Part shown: positions 9,014 through 18,396 of the stretch, piece by piece
Layout: the number at the start of each line of letters is the position of its first letter
How positions within the stretch are numbered: the stretch's first letter is position 1
DNA from: an uncultured bacterium
GTDB lineage: Bacteria; CSSED10-310; CAZUFC01
Length of the DNA stretch: 56,894 nt
Direction of reading: 5' to 3'
Assembly: GCA_964619725.1 (NCBI GenBank)
Contig: CAZUFC010000048.1
Coordinates: 1-56,894, forward strand
Made by a program: the position numbers and the translations under genes
The notes under the pieces: generated by a model
What the model saw: only the letters and a program-made list of their open reading frames with translations
Databases searched by the model: none
What the model was told of the DNA's origin: nothing

Positions 9014-10468
9014 TCAGGGGAAATGAACATGATCTTCCGGCAATCCCTCATCCACTTCTGCAGTATCTGCCGCTGATGTATCTTTCTCTCCATAAGGGAG
9101 ATGAACTCTGTCCAGATTCGAGAACAACATAAATCGATTCAGAAAAGCCAGTAAAATTGAACCAGTCGGTCCATTCCTTTGCTTTGAGATGATTAATTCG
9201 GCTTTTCCCTCCGAAGGTTCATCCTGCGATCCTACTTTAATCGATTGAATGTTGTAGACCTCCGGGCGATACAGAAAAAGCACCAGGTCCGCATCCTGCT
9301 CTATAGCGCCCGATTCTCGCAGGTCCGAAAGTTGCGGGCGCTTGTCGATTCGTTTTTCAACTTCACGGCTGAGCTGGGAAAGAGCGATGACCGGGATTTC
9401 CAGTTCCTTCGCCATCGCTTTCAAGGAGCGGGATATCTCCGATATTTCCTGTTGACGATTGTCTTGACGACGCTCTATACGCATCAGTTGCAGATAATCG
9501 ACGAAAAGGACTTTTATATCGTAGACGGATTTCAATATTCTCGCCCTGGCCCTTAATTGCGAAGGATTCAAAGCGGGCGTATCGTCAATATATATTGAAG
9601 CGTTTCCCAGGATCGATGCCGCCTGAGTCATTCTACCCCACTCATTGCTGTTGACGTACCCGGTACGGACCTTCTGGGCATCGACCTGAGCTTCCATGCA
9701 GAGCAGCCTGGTAACGAGAGATTCCTTCGACATTTCCAGGCTGAAAAAGCCGACGGGAGTCTGCTTTTCTACGGCGACATACAAGGCCATGTTAAGCGCC
9801 AGCGACGTTTTACCCATGGCCGGACGAGCCGCCAATATTATCAGCTCACCTTTGTGCAGGCCGGAGGTCATCTGATCCAATTTAACGTAACCCGTCGGTA
9901 CCCCCGTTATCAACTCCTTCCGGTTATATAGCGTCTCAAGCTCCTTGAAAGTATCAAAAACCAGCTTGGATATCGGTTGCGCCCGCTGAGAACTCAACCT
10001 CTCCTCCAATCCCAACAGACTGTGCTCCGCTTCGCTCAGAATCTTCTCTACGTTGTCACTGTCTTCATAACTGCGGCTCAGCAACGCATCGGCTTCCATA
10101 ATGATCTTACGTAAAATAGCCTTCTCCCGCACGATCCTGGAATGACTCTCGATATTCGCCGATGTCGGAACAGCATCCAGAAGAGAAGCTATGAAAGCAG
10201 CGCCGCCCGCATTATCAAGCTGCTCTTTCTTCTTCAAAACGTCTATCAAGCTGATAAGATCGATCGCCTTCTCGCGCTCATACAACTCGCAGCATTCTTG
10301 AAATATTATGCGATGCTTTTCCGAAAAAAAATCCTCCTCCGTTATGTAATCCATCGCCACATTAATGGCTTCAGGTCTCAACAATACAGCCCCTAAAACC
10401 GCACGCTCGGTATCCGGACTGCTTGGAAGTTTTTTTTCGTAAGATTTATCAGCAGATTCCCGTTTCAT
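9014..10468 (-). CDS. dnaB: Replicative DNA helicase
   Basis: AARPAMGKT, FSLEM, VDYLQLM, LSQLSR, DLRESGAIEQDAD, KQRNGPTG; no intein. Confidence 0.97.
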   Translation of the reverse strand: MKRESADKSYEKKLPSSPDTERAVLGAVLLRPEAINVAMDYITEEDFFSEKHRIIFQECCELYEREKAIDLISLIDVLKKKEQLDNAGGAAFIASLLDAVPTSANIESHSRIVREKAILRKIIMEADALLSRSYEDSDNVEKILSEAEHSLLGLEERLSSQRAQPISKLVFDTFKELETLYNRKELITGVPTGYVKLDQMTSGLHKGELIILAARPAMGKTSLALNMALYVAVEKQTPVGFFSLEMSKESLVTRLLCMEAQVDAQKVRTGYVNSNEWGRMTQAASILGNASIYIDDTPALNPSQLRARARILKSVYDIKVLFVDYLQLMRIERRQDNRQQEISEISRSLKAMAKELEIPVIALSQLSREVEKRIDKRPQLSDLRESGAIEQDADLVLFLYRPEVYNIQSIKVGSQDEPSEGKAELIISKQRNGPTGSILLAFLNRFMLFSNLDRVHLPYGEKDTSAADTAEVDEGLPEDHVHFP

Positions 10469-10577
10469 TCAACCGATTCATTTCGCCTGTATTCTTTAAA
10501 TTAATTAATTCAACTGATTCCTTTGCAAAGATTTTACAACCTTCGCAGCCGATGACTTTCTTCTCTGTTCGCCCAGC

Positions 10578-11021
10578 TCAGGCCTTGACTACCCACACTT
10601 TCAATCGGGCCTCAACATCAGGATGCAACCTGATCAAAACCGGATAAATGCCTAAAGTCTTTATCGGCTCCTCGATCACGATCTGCCTCTTATCAAGTTC
10701 GATTCCCTCGCTCTTCAAACTCTTTATGATGTCGATAGCCGTTACCGATCCAAAAAGCTTCTCTTCCTCCCCGACCTGCTTCGGAATAGTACAGGATATC
10801 TTTTTTATCCTCCTCGCCAGGTCTTTCGCTATCCTTAGCTCCTTCGTCTTCTTCGCTTCCATGACCTTCTTTTCATGCTCTATCATGGCAATATGTCCTT
10901 TGGTGGCCCTTACGGCCAGACCGCGGGGAATTAAAAAATTCCGCGCATAACCATCGGCAACCTGGACAAATTCGCCCACTTTTCCCAAATTCTGGACGTT
11001 TTCTTTTAATATAATTTTCAT
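10578..11021 (-). CDS. rplI: 50S ribosomal protein L9
   Basis: MKIILKENVQNLGKVG, VADGYARNFLIP, KLFGSVT; start moved to ATG 11021 (GCAGGAG RBS). Confidence 0.96.
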   Translation of the reverse strand: MKIILKENVQNLGKVGEFVQVADGYARNFLIPRGLAVRATKGHIAMIEHEKKVMEAKKTKELRIAKDLARRIKKISCTIPKQVGEEEKLFGSVTAIDIIKSLKSEGIELDKRQIVIEEPIKTLGIYPVLIRLHPDVEARLKVWVVKA

Positions 11022-11077
11022 CTTACACTCCTGCTTCTGCAAAACCAGTCTGATTCACAAGGCCAGTCATTAAAATT

Positions 11078-11482
11078 TTACTGCTGCGTCTCTCCCTCCC
11101 CTTGCTTCTCCTCGCTTTTCCCTCCTCCCCTTTTGTCCTGCGAGTCCTCTTCCTCACGCCGCTTAAGGAATTGCACATTAAATGCATCCACCTCATGCTT
11201 GCTTTTTTTCTCTCCCTCAAAGTTCGTCCAACTCCTTTGCCGTAATCTTCCTTCCACTAAAACCGGACTACCCTTTTCCAGGTAATCGCGACAATTCTCG
11301 GCAACTCGTCCGAATGTGACAACATCAATATAACAAACATCCTCGTAAATTTCCTTCTCCACGCGATATCTGTAATTCGCGGCCAGGGGAAAGACGGTAA
11401 CAGCCAATCCTCGGGACGAATATCTGAATTCAGGGTCCCTAGTCAGATTTCCAGCTAAAATGACTCGATTAAACCGAATCAT
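11078..11482 (-). CDS. ssb: Single-stranded DNA-binding protein (no acidic DDxPF tip)
   Basis: NRVILAGNLTRDPE, KGSPVLVEGRL OB-fold motifs; follows rpsF. Confidence 0.9.
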   Translation of the reverse strand: MIRFNRVILAGNLTRDPEFRYSSRGLAVTVFPLAANYRYRVEKEIYEDVCYIDVVTFGRVAENCRDYLEKGSPVLVEGRLRQRSWTNFEGEKKSKHEVDAFNVQFLKRREEEDSQDKRGGGKSEEKQGEGETQQ

Positions 11483-11835
11483 TCTCCGTTCTCAACGGCT
11501 ACGGATTCTTCAGCCTTGCGTTTTTTGCCTTTCAATCTTTTCTCGTCTATCGATACGATTAAAAACTTGAGGACGTTATCGTCGATTTTCATCTTTCTGT
11601 CCGTCTCCCTGATAACCGCATTTTCGACCTGCGCCTGGAATAATAAATAATAACCTTCCGTCAACTTCTTTATTTCGTAAGTAAGTTGGCGTTTTCCCCA
11701 TTTTTCCTTCCAGATGACCTCGCCCTTTTCGCTTTCAATCTCACCGACGATCCTTTCCACAAATTGATCGATCTGTTCATCAGACAAATCGGGTCTGAGA
11801 ATGATCATAATTTCATAGTATTTCAGGATTACCAC
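11479..11835 (-). CDS. rpsF: 30S ribosomal protein S6
   Basis: YEIMIILRPDL, WGKRQLTYEIKK, EGYY motifs. Confidence 0.95.
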   Translation of the reverse strand: MVILKYYEIMIILRPDLSDEQIDQFVERIVGEIESEKGEVIWKEKWGKRQLTYEIKKLTEGYYLLFQAQVENAVIRETDRKMKIDDNVLKFLIVSIDEKRLKGKKRKAEESVAVENGE

Positions 11836-11878
11836 TCCTCTCTTATTGATTCCTGTTCCCCAGTCTCTTCATAATAGG

Positions 11879-12490
11879 CTAACAGCTCCGACCAGGCAAC
11901 TCATCTTTTTGAACTTTCCGATTAAAACGATTCATCGCTTTCGTCACATCGCTAAAAATAACGAATTCAAGCGCCTCAGCCGCCCTATCCAACATAAATT
12001 CGTAAGTCTTCTCCGAAGCCTTATCAATGTCCCTCAACACATAATCGGTAACGGACAAACCGGGCGGAGGCCCTCCTACGCCCACTTTCAAACGAAAAAA
12101 GTCGGATGTCCCTATTTCCTTGATAATCGAACGAATACCCTTGTGCCCTCCATCGCCTCCGTTCCATCTGATTTTCAACTCGCCGGCTTCTATATCCTTG
12201 TCGTCATGCAAAACCATCATCTGCCCCGGCGTCGCCTCGTTCTCTTTCAAAAACCGCTCTACAGCGACTCCGCTCAAATTCATGAAAGTTAAAGGCTTAA
12301 GGAAATGAATTTTGCCGGTTTTGGCTGAAAAAGATGCGGACTGATAAAGATTTTTTTGCTTCCATTTCACGTTGCTTTTTTTCTCGATAAATTTGTCCAA
12401 TACCATAAAACCCAGGTTATGCCGGGTATTCTGATACCGGCAACCCGGGTTTCCTAATCCGACTATCAACCGTATATCTTCCGCCTTCAC
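11879..12490 (-). CDS. pth: Peptidyl-tRNA hydrolase
   Basis: LIVGLGNPG, TRHNLGF, KPLTFMNLSG, GGHKGIRSI. Confidence 0.96.
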   Translation of the reverse strand: MKAEDIRLIVGLGNPGCRYQNTRHNLGFMVLDKFIEKKSNVKWKQKNLYQSASFSAKTGKIHFLKPLTFMNLSGVAVERFLKENEATPGQMMVLHDDKDIEAGELKIRWNGGDGGHKGIRSIIKEIGTSDFFRLKVGVGGPPPGLSVTDYVLRDIDKASEKTYEFMLDRAAEALEFVIFSDVTKAMNRFNRKVQKDELPGRSC

Positions 12491-12556
12491 GGTCCTTACT
12501 TTTCCTTTGCTTTAAGAAAACCCAGTTTATGGAAGATATAGCAGCAACTTTCAACC

Positions 12557-12631
12557 TGGCTGGGGCGGGAGGATTCGAACCTCCGCATGCGGGACCCAAA
12601 ACCCCGTGCCTTACCGCTTGGCGACGCCCCA
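12557..12631 (-). tRNA. tRNA-Gln(TTG), CCA encoded
   Basis: TGGGGCG/CGCCCCA acceptor, GCCA end, anticodon TTG, typical position after ispE. Confidence 0.94.
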
Positions 12632-12652
12632 GTTCAAACATTACGTCTGTAC

Positions 12653-13540
12653 TTAATCAATCATTTCAGGAAGGTACGGTTCGGATAATATTCGTGCCGT
12701 TCTTAACCATGAAACCCTCTTGTCCGCTTTCATCACTTCCGCTGCCCTTTCCGCTGTTTTTCGGCTTTCGTATAGTCCAAAAACCGTTGATCCGCTTCCC
12801 GTCATCACTGCTTTTGTCGCGCCGGTTTTTAAAAGAGCTTCCTTCAATCGCGCAATATCAGGATAATAATCGCAAATCACCGACTCAAAACTGTTTTTCC
12901 ACTGATCCATCCCCAAAAAACGGCTGTTCCGCCATTGGGAAACCAGATTTTTATCACTTTTTATCAAACGTGTCAACCCCTGTTTAAACAGCGAATAAGC
13001 CCATTTTGTAGAAATCTCAAATCCCGGATTCAACAGCAAAGTACAGAAAGGTCGCAAACGTGAAGGCAAATCAGTCAGAATTTCTCCTCTTCCCCTCGCC
13101 AGAGCGACACCTCCTTTGATGAAAAAAGGCACGTCGCTTCCTATTTTTTCGGCTATCTTCTCCAGATCGTCTCTTGCCATCCTTAAATCCCACAATTGAT
13201 TCAGTCCTTTCAATACTGCCGCTGCATCGCTGCTTCCTCCGCCGAGTCCACCCCCCGCCGGAATTCGTTTCTTTATTTTAATGCAAACTCCTTTTTCGAC
13301 TTTTCGGCTTTTCTTCAGCTTATCCGCAGCCGTATAAGCGAGATTCCGTTCGCCGGAGGGACAATCGGCCTCATCACATTCAACGTCCAGAAAATTTTCC
13401 GTTTCCGTTAATTCCAGTTCGTCACACAGATCAACGGTCTGAAGAATGGTCTGTATCTCATGATAACCGTCAGCTCTTAATCCCAGAATTTCCAGATGCA
13501 AATTTATTTTAGCCGGCGCCTTGATTCTCAGCCTTTTCAA
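12653..13540 (-). CDS. ispE: 4-diphosphocytidyl-2-C-methyl-D-erythritol kinase
   Basis: APAKINLHL, GGGLGGGSSDAA, GSDVPFF, MTGSGS; TTG start at 13540 with GGAGGG RBS, overlapping the upstream stop. Confidence 0.95.
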   Translation of the reverse strand: MKRLRIKAPAKINLHLEILGLRADGYHEIQTILQTVDLCDELELTETENFLDVECDEADCPSGERNLAYTAADKLKKSRKVEKGVCIKIKKRIPAGGGLGGGSSDAAAVLKGLNQLWDLRMARDDLEKIAEKIGSDVPFFIKGGVALARGRGEILTDLPSRLRPFCTLLLNPGFEISTKWAYSLFKQGLTRLIKSDKNLVSQWRNSRFLGMDQWKNSFESVICDYYPDIARLKEALLKTGATKAVMTGSGSTVFGLYESRKTAERAAEVMKADKRVSWLRTARILSEPYLPEMID

Positions 13541-14490
13541 TTGAACCAACCCTCCGAAACTCTTCTCATAAGAGTGTTCCATTCCCTTTCATTCAATTCG
13601 ACTCTAAGACTCTCTGAAAAGGAATCATCGGGAAGAAATTCGTCATCCACGGGTGAATTGATGGAAGATATTCTGTTTTTTATATTCAAAACCGCTGAGG
13701 AAGAAGAATGGCTGATGTTCAATGATCTGGGCAGCTCCATTTGCGCCGCTTGCTGATATTCCAGATATTCCACCGTCCAGGAACCTTTCTGCCCGGTCGG
13801 ATATACGATCTCCAGTAATCGCCCGGTGGCTCCCTCAAGTCTGAGAATATATTCGGCGGAATCGCCTGCCGCTGATTTCACTTTGTAAGTGTTGCCGTTG
13901 AGCGGTCCGAGGACATCCCCATCACCTGAGATTTCACTCGGCGGCAACGCGAGCAACGCATCAATAAGTCGTTTCGAGGTGATGTCTCCGAAAGGCAATG
14001 GAATCAATTCACAATTTTCTGTGCACACGTAAAATCTTTTCTCCGAAGGGAATCTCAAGAATCCAGAAGACTCTGAAATTGACCAGGAAAACATAAGCGA
14101 CCCCAGAGGATTGAAGCCGTCAAGCCGAATTTTATCAGGCGTCGACGCAGCGTAAGCGCCTTTAATCCTTCGCGACTTTTTCGCCTCGATATACATGCCC
14201 TTGAGGAATCCCCTGACTGATTTTACGTTTGAGCGGCGCGTTTCCATCTTTTGCAGAAAAAGAATCCATTCATTTTCAGGGTCCGGAATGGATTCGATCT
14301 TTTTATGACAGGAAGCCGAAAGCAAGAAAAGTCCCAGGCTGAACGCAAGCATGACGATTGCAGCGATTCCTGGATGACGGGAAATTTTGTCCCGCTTCCC
14401 GCTCTCTGAAAATTCGCATCGCTGAAAAAACGGGTCGTTCAATTTCTGCTTTTTCAAAAACTTATATTTTAAATTCAAGGATTTGCGCAT
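13537..14490 (-). CDS. LolB-like outer-membrane lipoprotein (start probably later, e.g. ATG 14352)
   Basis: Lipobox LSASC; IRLDGFNPLG and LPRSLNI motifs; TPR-lolB-ispE synteny. Confidence 0.65.
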   Translation of the reverse strand: MRKSLNLKYKFLKKQKLNDPFFQRCEFSESGKRDKISRHPGIAAIVMLAFSLGLFLLSASCHKKIESIPDPENEWILFLQKMETRRSNVKSVRGFLKGMYIEAKKSRRIKGAYAASTPDKIRLDGFNPLGSLMFSWSISESSGFLRFPSEKRFYVCTENCELIPLPFGDITSKRLIDALLALPPSEISGDGDVLGPLNGNTYKVKSAAGDSAEYILRLEGATGRLLEIVYPTGQKGSWTVEYLEYQQAAQMELPRSLNISHSSSSAVLNIKNRISSINSPVDDEFLPDDSFSESLRVELNEREWNTLMRRVSEGWFN

Positions 14491-14499
14491 TCCGCTCTG

Positions 14500-16272
14500 C
14501 TATTCCCTATTACTTCCATTCAGTTTCTCAAGTGCCCGTCGAATTTTATCCCTCAGTTCCTCTTCCTTTTCAGGTTTTAACGATAAAGCCGCCTCCCACT
14601 GCTCCAAAGCCTCCTGAAGCCGTCCTGTTTTGTAATAGGCATCCCCGAGATGCTCTCGAATTACCGGATCATCTTGACTCAGGAGTTCCAGGGACCTTTC
14701 CAGTTCTTTCACGGCGGCATCATATTCTTCCAGCTTGAAGTAGCCCCATCCCAGGCTGTCGACGAAAGCCGGATTATCGGGTTGAATTTTCAGGGCCTCT
14801 CGAACATGACGCATGCCTTTTTCCAGCATGATGTCTCTATCAATCAGCATATATCCCAGGTAATTATGCGCTCTGGCATTTTCCGGATTCATTTTCAAAA
14901 CCAGCTCCAGCTCCCTTATCGCGTTTTCGACGTCACCGGCCTGTTCGTAATAAGCGCCTAGAGCGAATCTAAGCTCTTCATTTTCAGGATTTAACGACAA
15001 TCCTTTTTTGTAGGCATCATAAGCTCTGTCCTTTTCGCCGACTTCCATGTAAACGTTTCCCAACAATAAAAAAAAGACGGGCTTCTCTCCGTTTCTTTCA
15101 ATATGCCTTTTTATCCTCTCGACCGCCTCCGCTTCGCGTCCGGAATCGATAAGTATTCCAGCGATACGCTCCAGGGGCAAAATATCGGCAGGCTCCTCCC
15201 TTTGCAATTCAACCAGAATTTCGACGGCGGCTTCCGAGTTGCCCAGGTTCTCTTCGCATTCCGCCAGCAGATATTTGGCGCTGCGATTCTCCGGCTGGTA
15301 ATTCAGCAACTCTTGCAGAACAGGACGAGCATCCTCGTAACGCTCCAGCAAAGTATATATATATCCCAGGCGACCGTAAGCCGCCAGGATAACGAATCTT
15401 TGATTGACCAGGGGTTCCAGCAAATCTGCCGCTTCTTCCAATGCCCCTTCTTCGGCCCATAAATCCGCCAGAGTCAGACGCACCTCAATGCTGTTGGGGT
15501 CCATATTCAGCAATTTGCGATAAATCTCCGCCGCCGGTTTTGAGCGGCCTGTTTGCTGATAAAGCAAGCCCAACTGCGACAACGCCTGAGAATAATTTGG
15601 GAATTTTTCAGTCAGAAAAAGCAATATCTCTTCCGCTTCCTTATACTGACCGGTTTCAGCCAGAATCGTCGCTTTCCAATACAATCCATCCTTGTTCTCC
15701 GGCTCTCTCCCCAAAAATTCATTTATTATTTCGAGAGCGGCGGCGTAATCCTTTAAAGCAGCTTTTATCTTGGCCGATTCAATATAAGAAGAGGAATCCT
15801 CAGGCGCCAGCGCCGTCAACTTCCGGTATTGAGTCAATGCAGCTTGCAGATCATTCCTCAGAGAATAAATGGAGGCAAGCAGCTTATTCGAAGGAATATG
15901 CTCCGGGTCAGCCATTAAGGCATCCTCAACCTTGGCTTCAGCCTCATTTAAATAATGAACGCGGTCTTCTTTTTCTTCCAGCGAAAGAGCAATCTGCAAA
16001 TAGAAATCAGCGAGGACGTAATGCAAGTATGCCGATCTCGGATTGTACACTATGGCTTGCTGCCTGTATCTGATCGCTTTCTGAATCTCTCCGTTCATTT
16101 CTGCATTGTAGGCCATAGCAGAATAAATTATGCTCTTTCTACTTTTCGTCTCAGCATCCTGATACTGTGAATCCGGCGGGGCATTGTCCGTATACGGTTC
16201 AGGCAAATTCACGTTTTTTACGCATCCGGTCAATCCCATCGTGGTCATTATTACGATTAAAAATTTTTTCAT
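14500..16272 (-). CDS. TPR-repeat lipoprotein
   Basis: Lipobox LTGC; many TPRs; NYLGYML...DSLGW...EHLGDAY C-terminal signature. Confidence 0.9.
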   Translation of the reverse strand: MKKFLIVIMTTMGLTGCVKNVNLPEPYTDNAPPDSQYQDAETKSRKSIIYSAMAYNAEMNGEIQKAIRYRQQAIVYNPRSAYLHYVLADFYLQIALSLEEKEDRVHYLNEAEAKVEDALMADPEHIPSNKLLASIYSLRNDLQAALTQYRKLTALAPEDSSSYIESAKIKAALKDYAAALEIINEFLGREPENKDGLYWKATILAETGQYKEAEEILLFLTEKFPNYSQALSQLGLLYQQTGRSKPAAEIYRKLLNMDPNSIEVRLTLADLWAEEGALEEAADLLEPLVNQRFVILAAYGRLGYIYTLLERYEDARPVLQELLNYQPENRSAKYLLAECEENLGNSEAAVEILVELQREEPADILPLERIAGILIDSGREAEAVERIKRHIERNGEKPVFFLLLGNVYMEVGEKDRAYDAYKKGLSLNPENEELRFALGAYYEQAGDVENAIRELELVLKMNPENARAHNYLGYMLIDRDIMLEKGMRHVREALKIQPDNPAFVDSLGWGYFKLEEYDAAVKELERSLELLSQDDPVIREHLGDAYYKTGRLQEALEQWEAALSLKPEKEEELRDKIRRALEKLNGSNRE

Positions 16273-16301
16273 TTAATTCACCTTACTCACTTCCCGGAAA
16301 A

Positions 16302-16330
16302 ACTATAAAATCCTTCTGCTTCTGTGTCAA
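16302..16330 (-). promoter_or_regulatory. sigma70 promoter of the TPR-lolB-ispE operon
   Basis: TTGACA-N17-TATAGT. Confidence 0.75.
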
Positions 16331-16482
16331 TGTCCGGAAGGATTCCGGGAGAAACGACCCGGCCCCTCCGGCAGAAAGGAATTGAAATGTTTTACTTGAA
16401 GTGTTATTGACAAAAGTCTCTTAGTTTGCAAGGATAAACTAACCTCAAGGGACGGACCGCGACTTTACGGAGGTTATGAATT

Positions 16483-16794
16483 ATGGCGGCATTAAGCATT
16501 CGACTGGCGATCGTTTTTATCATTCTCTCGCTGACGGTGTGGGTCTGGCAGGACCAAGGGCACGAACTTCCGATCAAGAATCTGGATTTCATCCTTTTCG
16601 TGATAGCAGGAATATTTATACTGATATGGTTAATTTTCCGAATAATCCTTCTGTTTACGGCGATCAAGCAAAAAACCCGGAAGAACAAATGCATTCGTTG
16701 CGGCAGACGCACGGAGCCGGGCTTAATATATTGCAAATATCATCTTCGTGATGCTCAGCGGGAAGCGATAGAAAAGACTTTTGATGAACAATAA
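16483..16794 (+). CDS. Small 2-TM membrane protein with C-terminal CxxC-x11-CxxH zinc-ribbon-like motif
   Basis: GGAGG RBS 9 nt upstream; two hydrophobic helices; CIRCGRRTEPGLIYCKYH; 30 nt upstream of the aldehyde dehydrogenase. Confidence 0.75.
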   Translation: MAALSIRLAIVFIILSLTVWVWQDQGHELPIKNLDFILFVIAGIFILIWLIFRIILLFTAIKQKTRKNKCIRCGRRTEPGLIYCKYHLRDAQREAIEKTFDEQ

Positions 16795-16824
16795 TCCCCA
16801 AAATTAGATTCAAGGATTGAGCAT

Positions 16825-18318
16825 ATGATTACAGACAAAGATTTAGTATCGGTTCAGGAAGCGCGGAATTTGCTGAAAAAGGCTTCGGAAGCTAAAAACG
16901 AACTGCTCAACATGGACCGCCGACAGATTGACGATATTGTGCGCGCGATGGCGGAAGCCGGCAGACGTCACGCTGAACCGCTGGCGCAGATGGCTGTGGA
17001 AGAGACCGGTTTCGGGATTGCAGCGGATAAAGTGACGAAGAACATCGTTGCTACGAAAAAACTTTATGAATTCATAAAGGAGATGAAGACTGTTGGGATT
17101 CTCCGACATCTAGAAGAAAAAAGGATTATCGAAGTAGGCGTACCGATGGGGGTTGTTTTCGGAATCACTCCCTCCACCAATCCTACTTCCACAGCGATGT
17201 ACAAAATTATTATTTCGGTGAAAGCGAGAAACGGCATCGTCATCAGTCCCCATCCTGCAGCCGTCAAATGCACCATGGAATCGACGCGAATACTCGCCGA
17301 AGCGGCCCAATCCGCCGGAGCTCCCGCCGATCTGATATCCTGTATGACCACCCCCACTATGTCGGGAACGAAAGAGGCCATGCAAAATAAAGCAACTTCG
17401 GTTATCCTGGCTACGGGAGGCACCGGGCTGGTCAGGTCAGCCTACAGTTCCGGGAAACCTGCTTTCGGAGTCGGTCCGGGTAATGTGCCGGCCTTCATCG
17501 AAAGAACTGCAGACGTTCCCAGGGCTGTCAGGGATATTATCGCCGGAAAAACTTTCGACAACGGAACGGTTTGCGCATCGGAACAGGCGGCTGTCGTCGA
17601 GGAACCTCTCAGAAAACAGGCGATCGACGAATTCATCAGGAATAAATGTTATTTCCTGAAACCCGATGAAATAGATAAGGTCGGCAAAGTCCTGATACTC
17701 CCCACAGGAGGCATCAATCCCGGCATCGTCGGGAAAAGCGCTCCTTTTATCGCGCAAAAAGCGGGCATCAACGTCCCTTCCGACACTAAAGCCCTGATAG
17801 CCTGCCTGGACGGCGTCGGACCGGAATATCCTCTTTCCTGCGAAAAATTGTCTCCCGTCCTGGCGTTCTATACTGTTCACGACTGGCAGAAGGGTTGTGA
17901 ATTGTGCATTAAATTGCTGGAATACGGCGGAATGGGGCACACTCTAGCCATACACTCGAAAAACCGGAAGGTTATACTCGAATTCGGACTGAAAAAACCG
18001 GCTTTCCGGATCATCGTTAATTCTCCCGCCACTCAAGGCGCCATCGGCAGTACAACAGGCCTTGATCCCGCCCTGACGCTGGGTTGCGGGGCGCCCGGAG
18101 GCAGCATCACATCCGACAACGTATCCCCCCTGCACCTGATACACACAAGAAGAATAGCTTTCGATATACGCTCAGATGCAACTCCTGTCTTCTTCGGTCC
18201 GAAACTCGACCAAAATATCGATGTTCAAACCTCTGCTTTTTCTCCTCAAATTTCGGAAGAATCCATCTCCAGAATCGTCAGGGAAATCGTGGACGAAAAA
18301 CTGAAAAAAAGTCGCTGA
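16825..18318 (+). CDS. CoA-acylating aldehyde (acetaldehyde) dehydrogenase, EutE/AdhE-N family
   Basis: [12 protein letters not shown]-terminus, [30 protein letters not shown] catalytic Cys, EKLSP, LTLGCG. Confidence 0.92.
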   Translation: MITDKDLVSVQEARNLLKKASEAKNELLNMDRRQIDDIVRAMAEAGRRHAEPLAQMAVEETGFGIAADKVTKNIVATKKLYEFIKEMKTVGILRHLEEKRIIEVGVPMGVVFGITPSTNPTSTAMYKIIISVKARNGIVISPHPAAVKCTMESTRILAEAAQSAGAPADLISCMTTPTMSGTKEAMQNKATSVILATGGTGLVRSAYSSGKPAFGVGPGNVPAFIERTADVPRAVRDIIAGKTFDNGTVCASEQAAVVEEPLRKQAIDEFIRNKCYFLKPDEIDKVGKVLILPTGGINPGIVGKSAPFIAQKAGINVPSDTKALIACLDGVGPEYPLSCEKLSPVLAFYTVHDWQKGCELCIKLLEYGGMGHTLAIHSKNRKVILEFGLKKPAFRIIVNSPATQGAIGSTTGLDPALTLGCGAPGGSITSDNVSPLHLIHTRRIAFDIRSDATPVFFGPKLDQNIDVQTSAFSPQISEESISRIVREIVDEKLKKSR

Positions 18319-18396
18319 GTTTCTATCAGCGACGGATTAAACAGATGACCTTAATTTTACTCAAAGCATGTTTCTGAAGACCGGGAGGCTTTAAAC

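Noticed and set aside
11023-11220. Basic 65-aa ORF as a possible divergent S18
   Set aside because: No S18 motifs; it is an alternate frame of the purine-rich ssb 3' end.
12417-12987. ORFs 12417-12641 and 12529-12987
   Set aside because: Overlap tRNA-Gln, pth and ispE; spurious.
16404-16751. Alternative ORFs 16404-16736 (-) and 16476-16751 (+)
   Set aside because: 16483-16794 has proper RBS spacing, TM helices and a Cys motif; the others are shadows.
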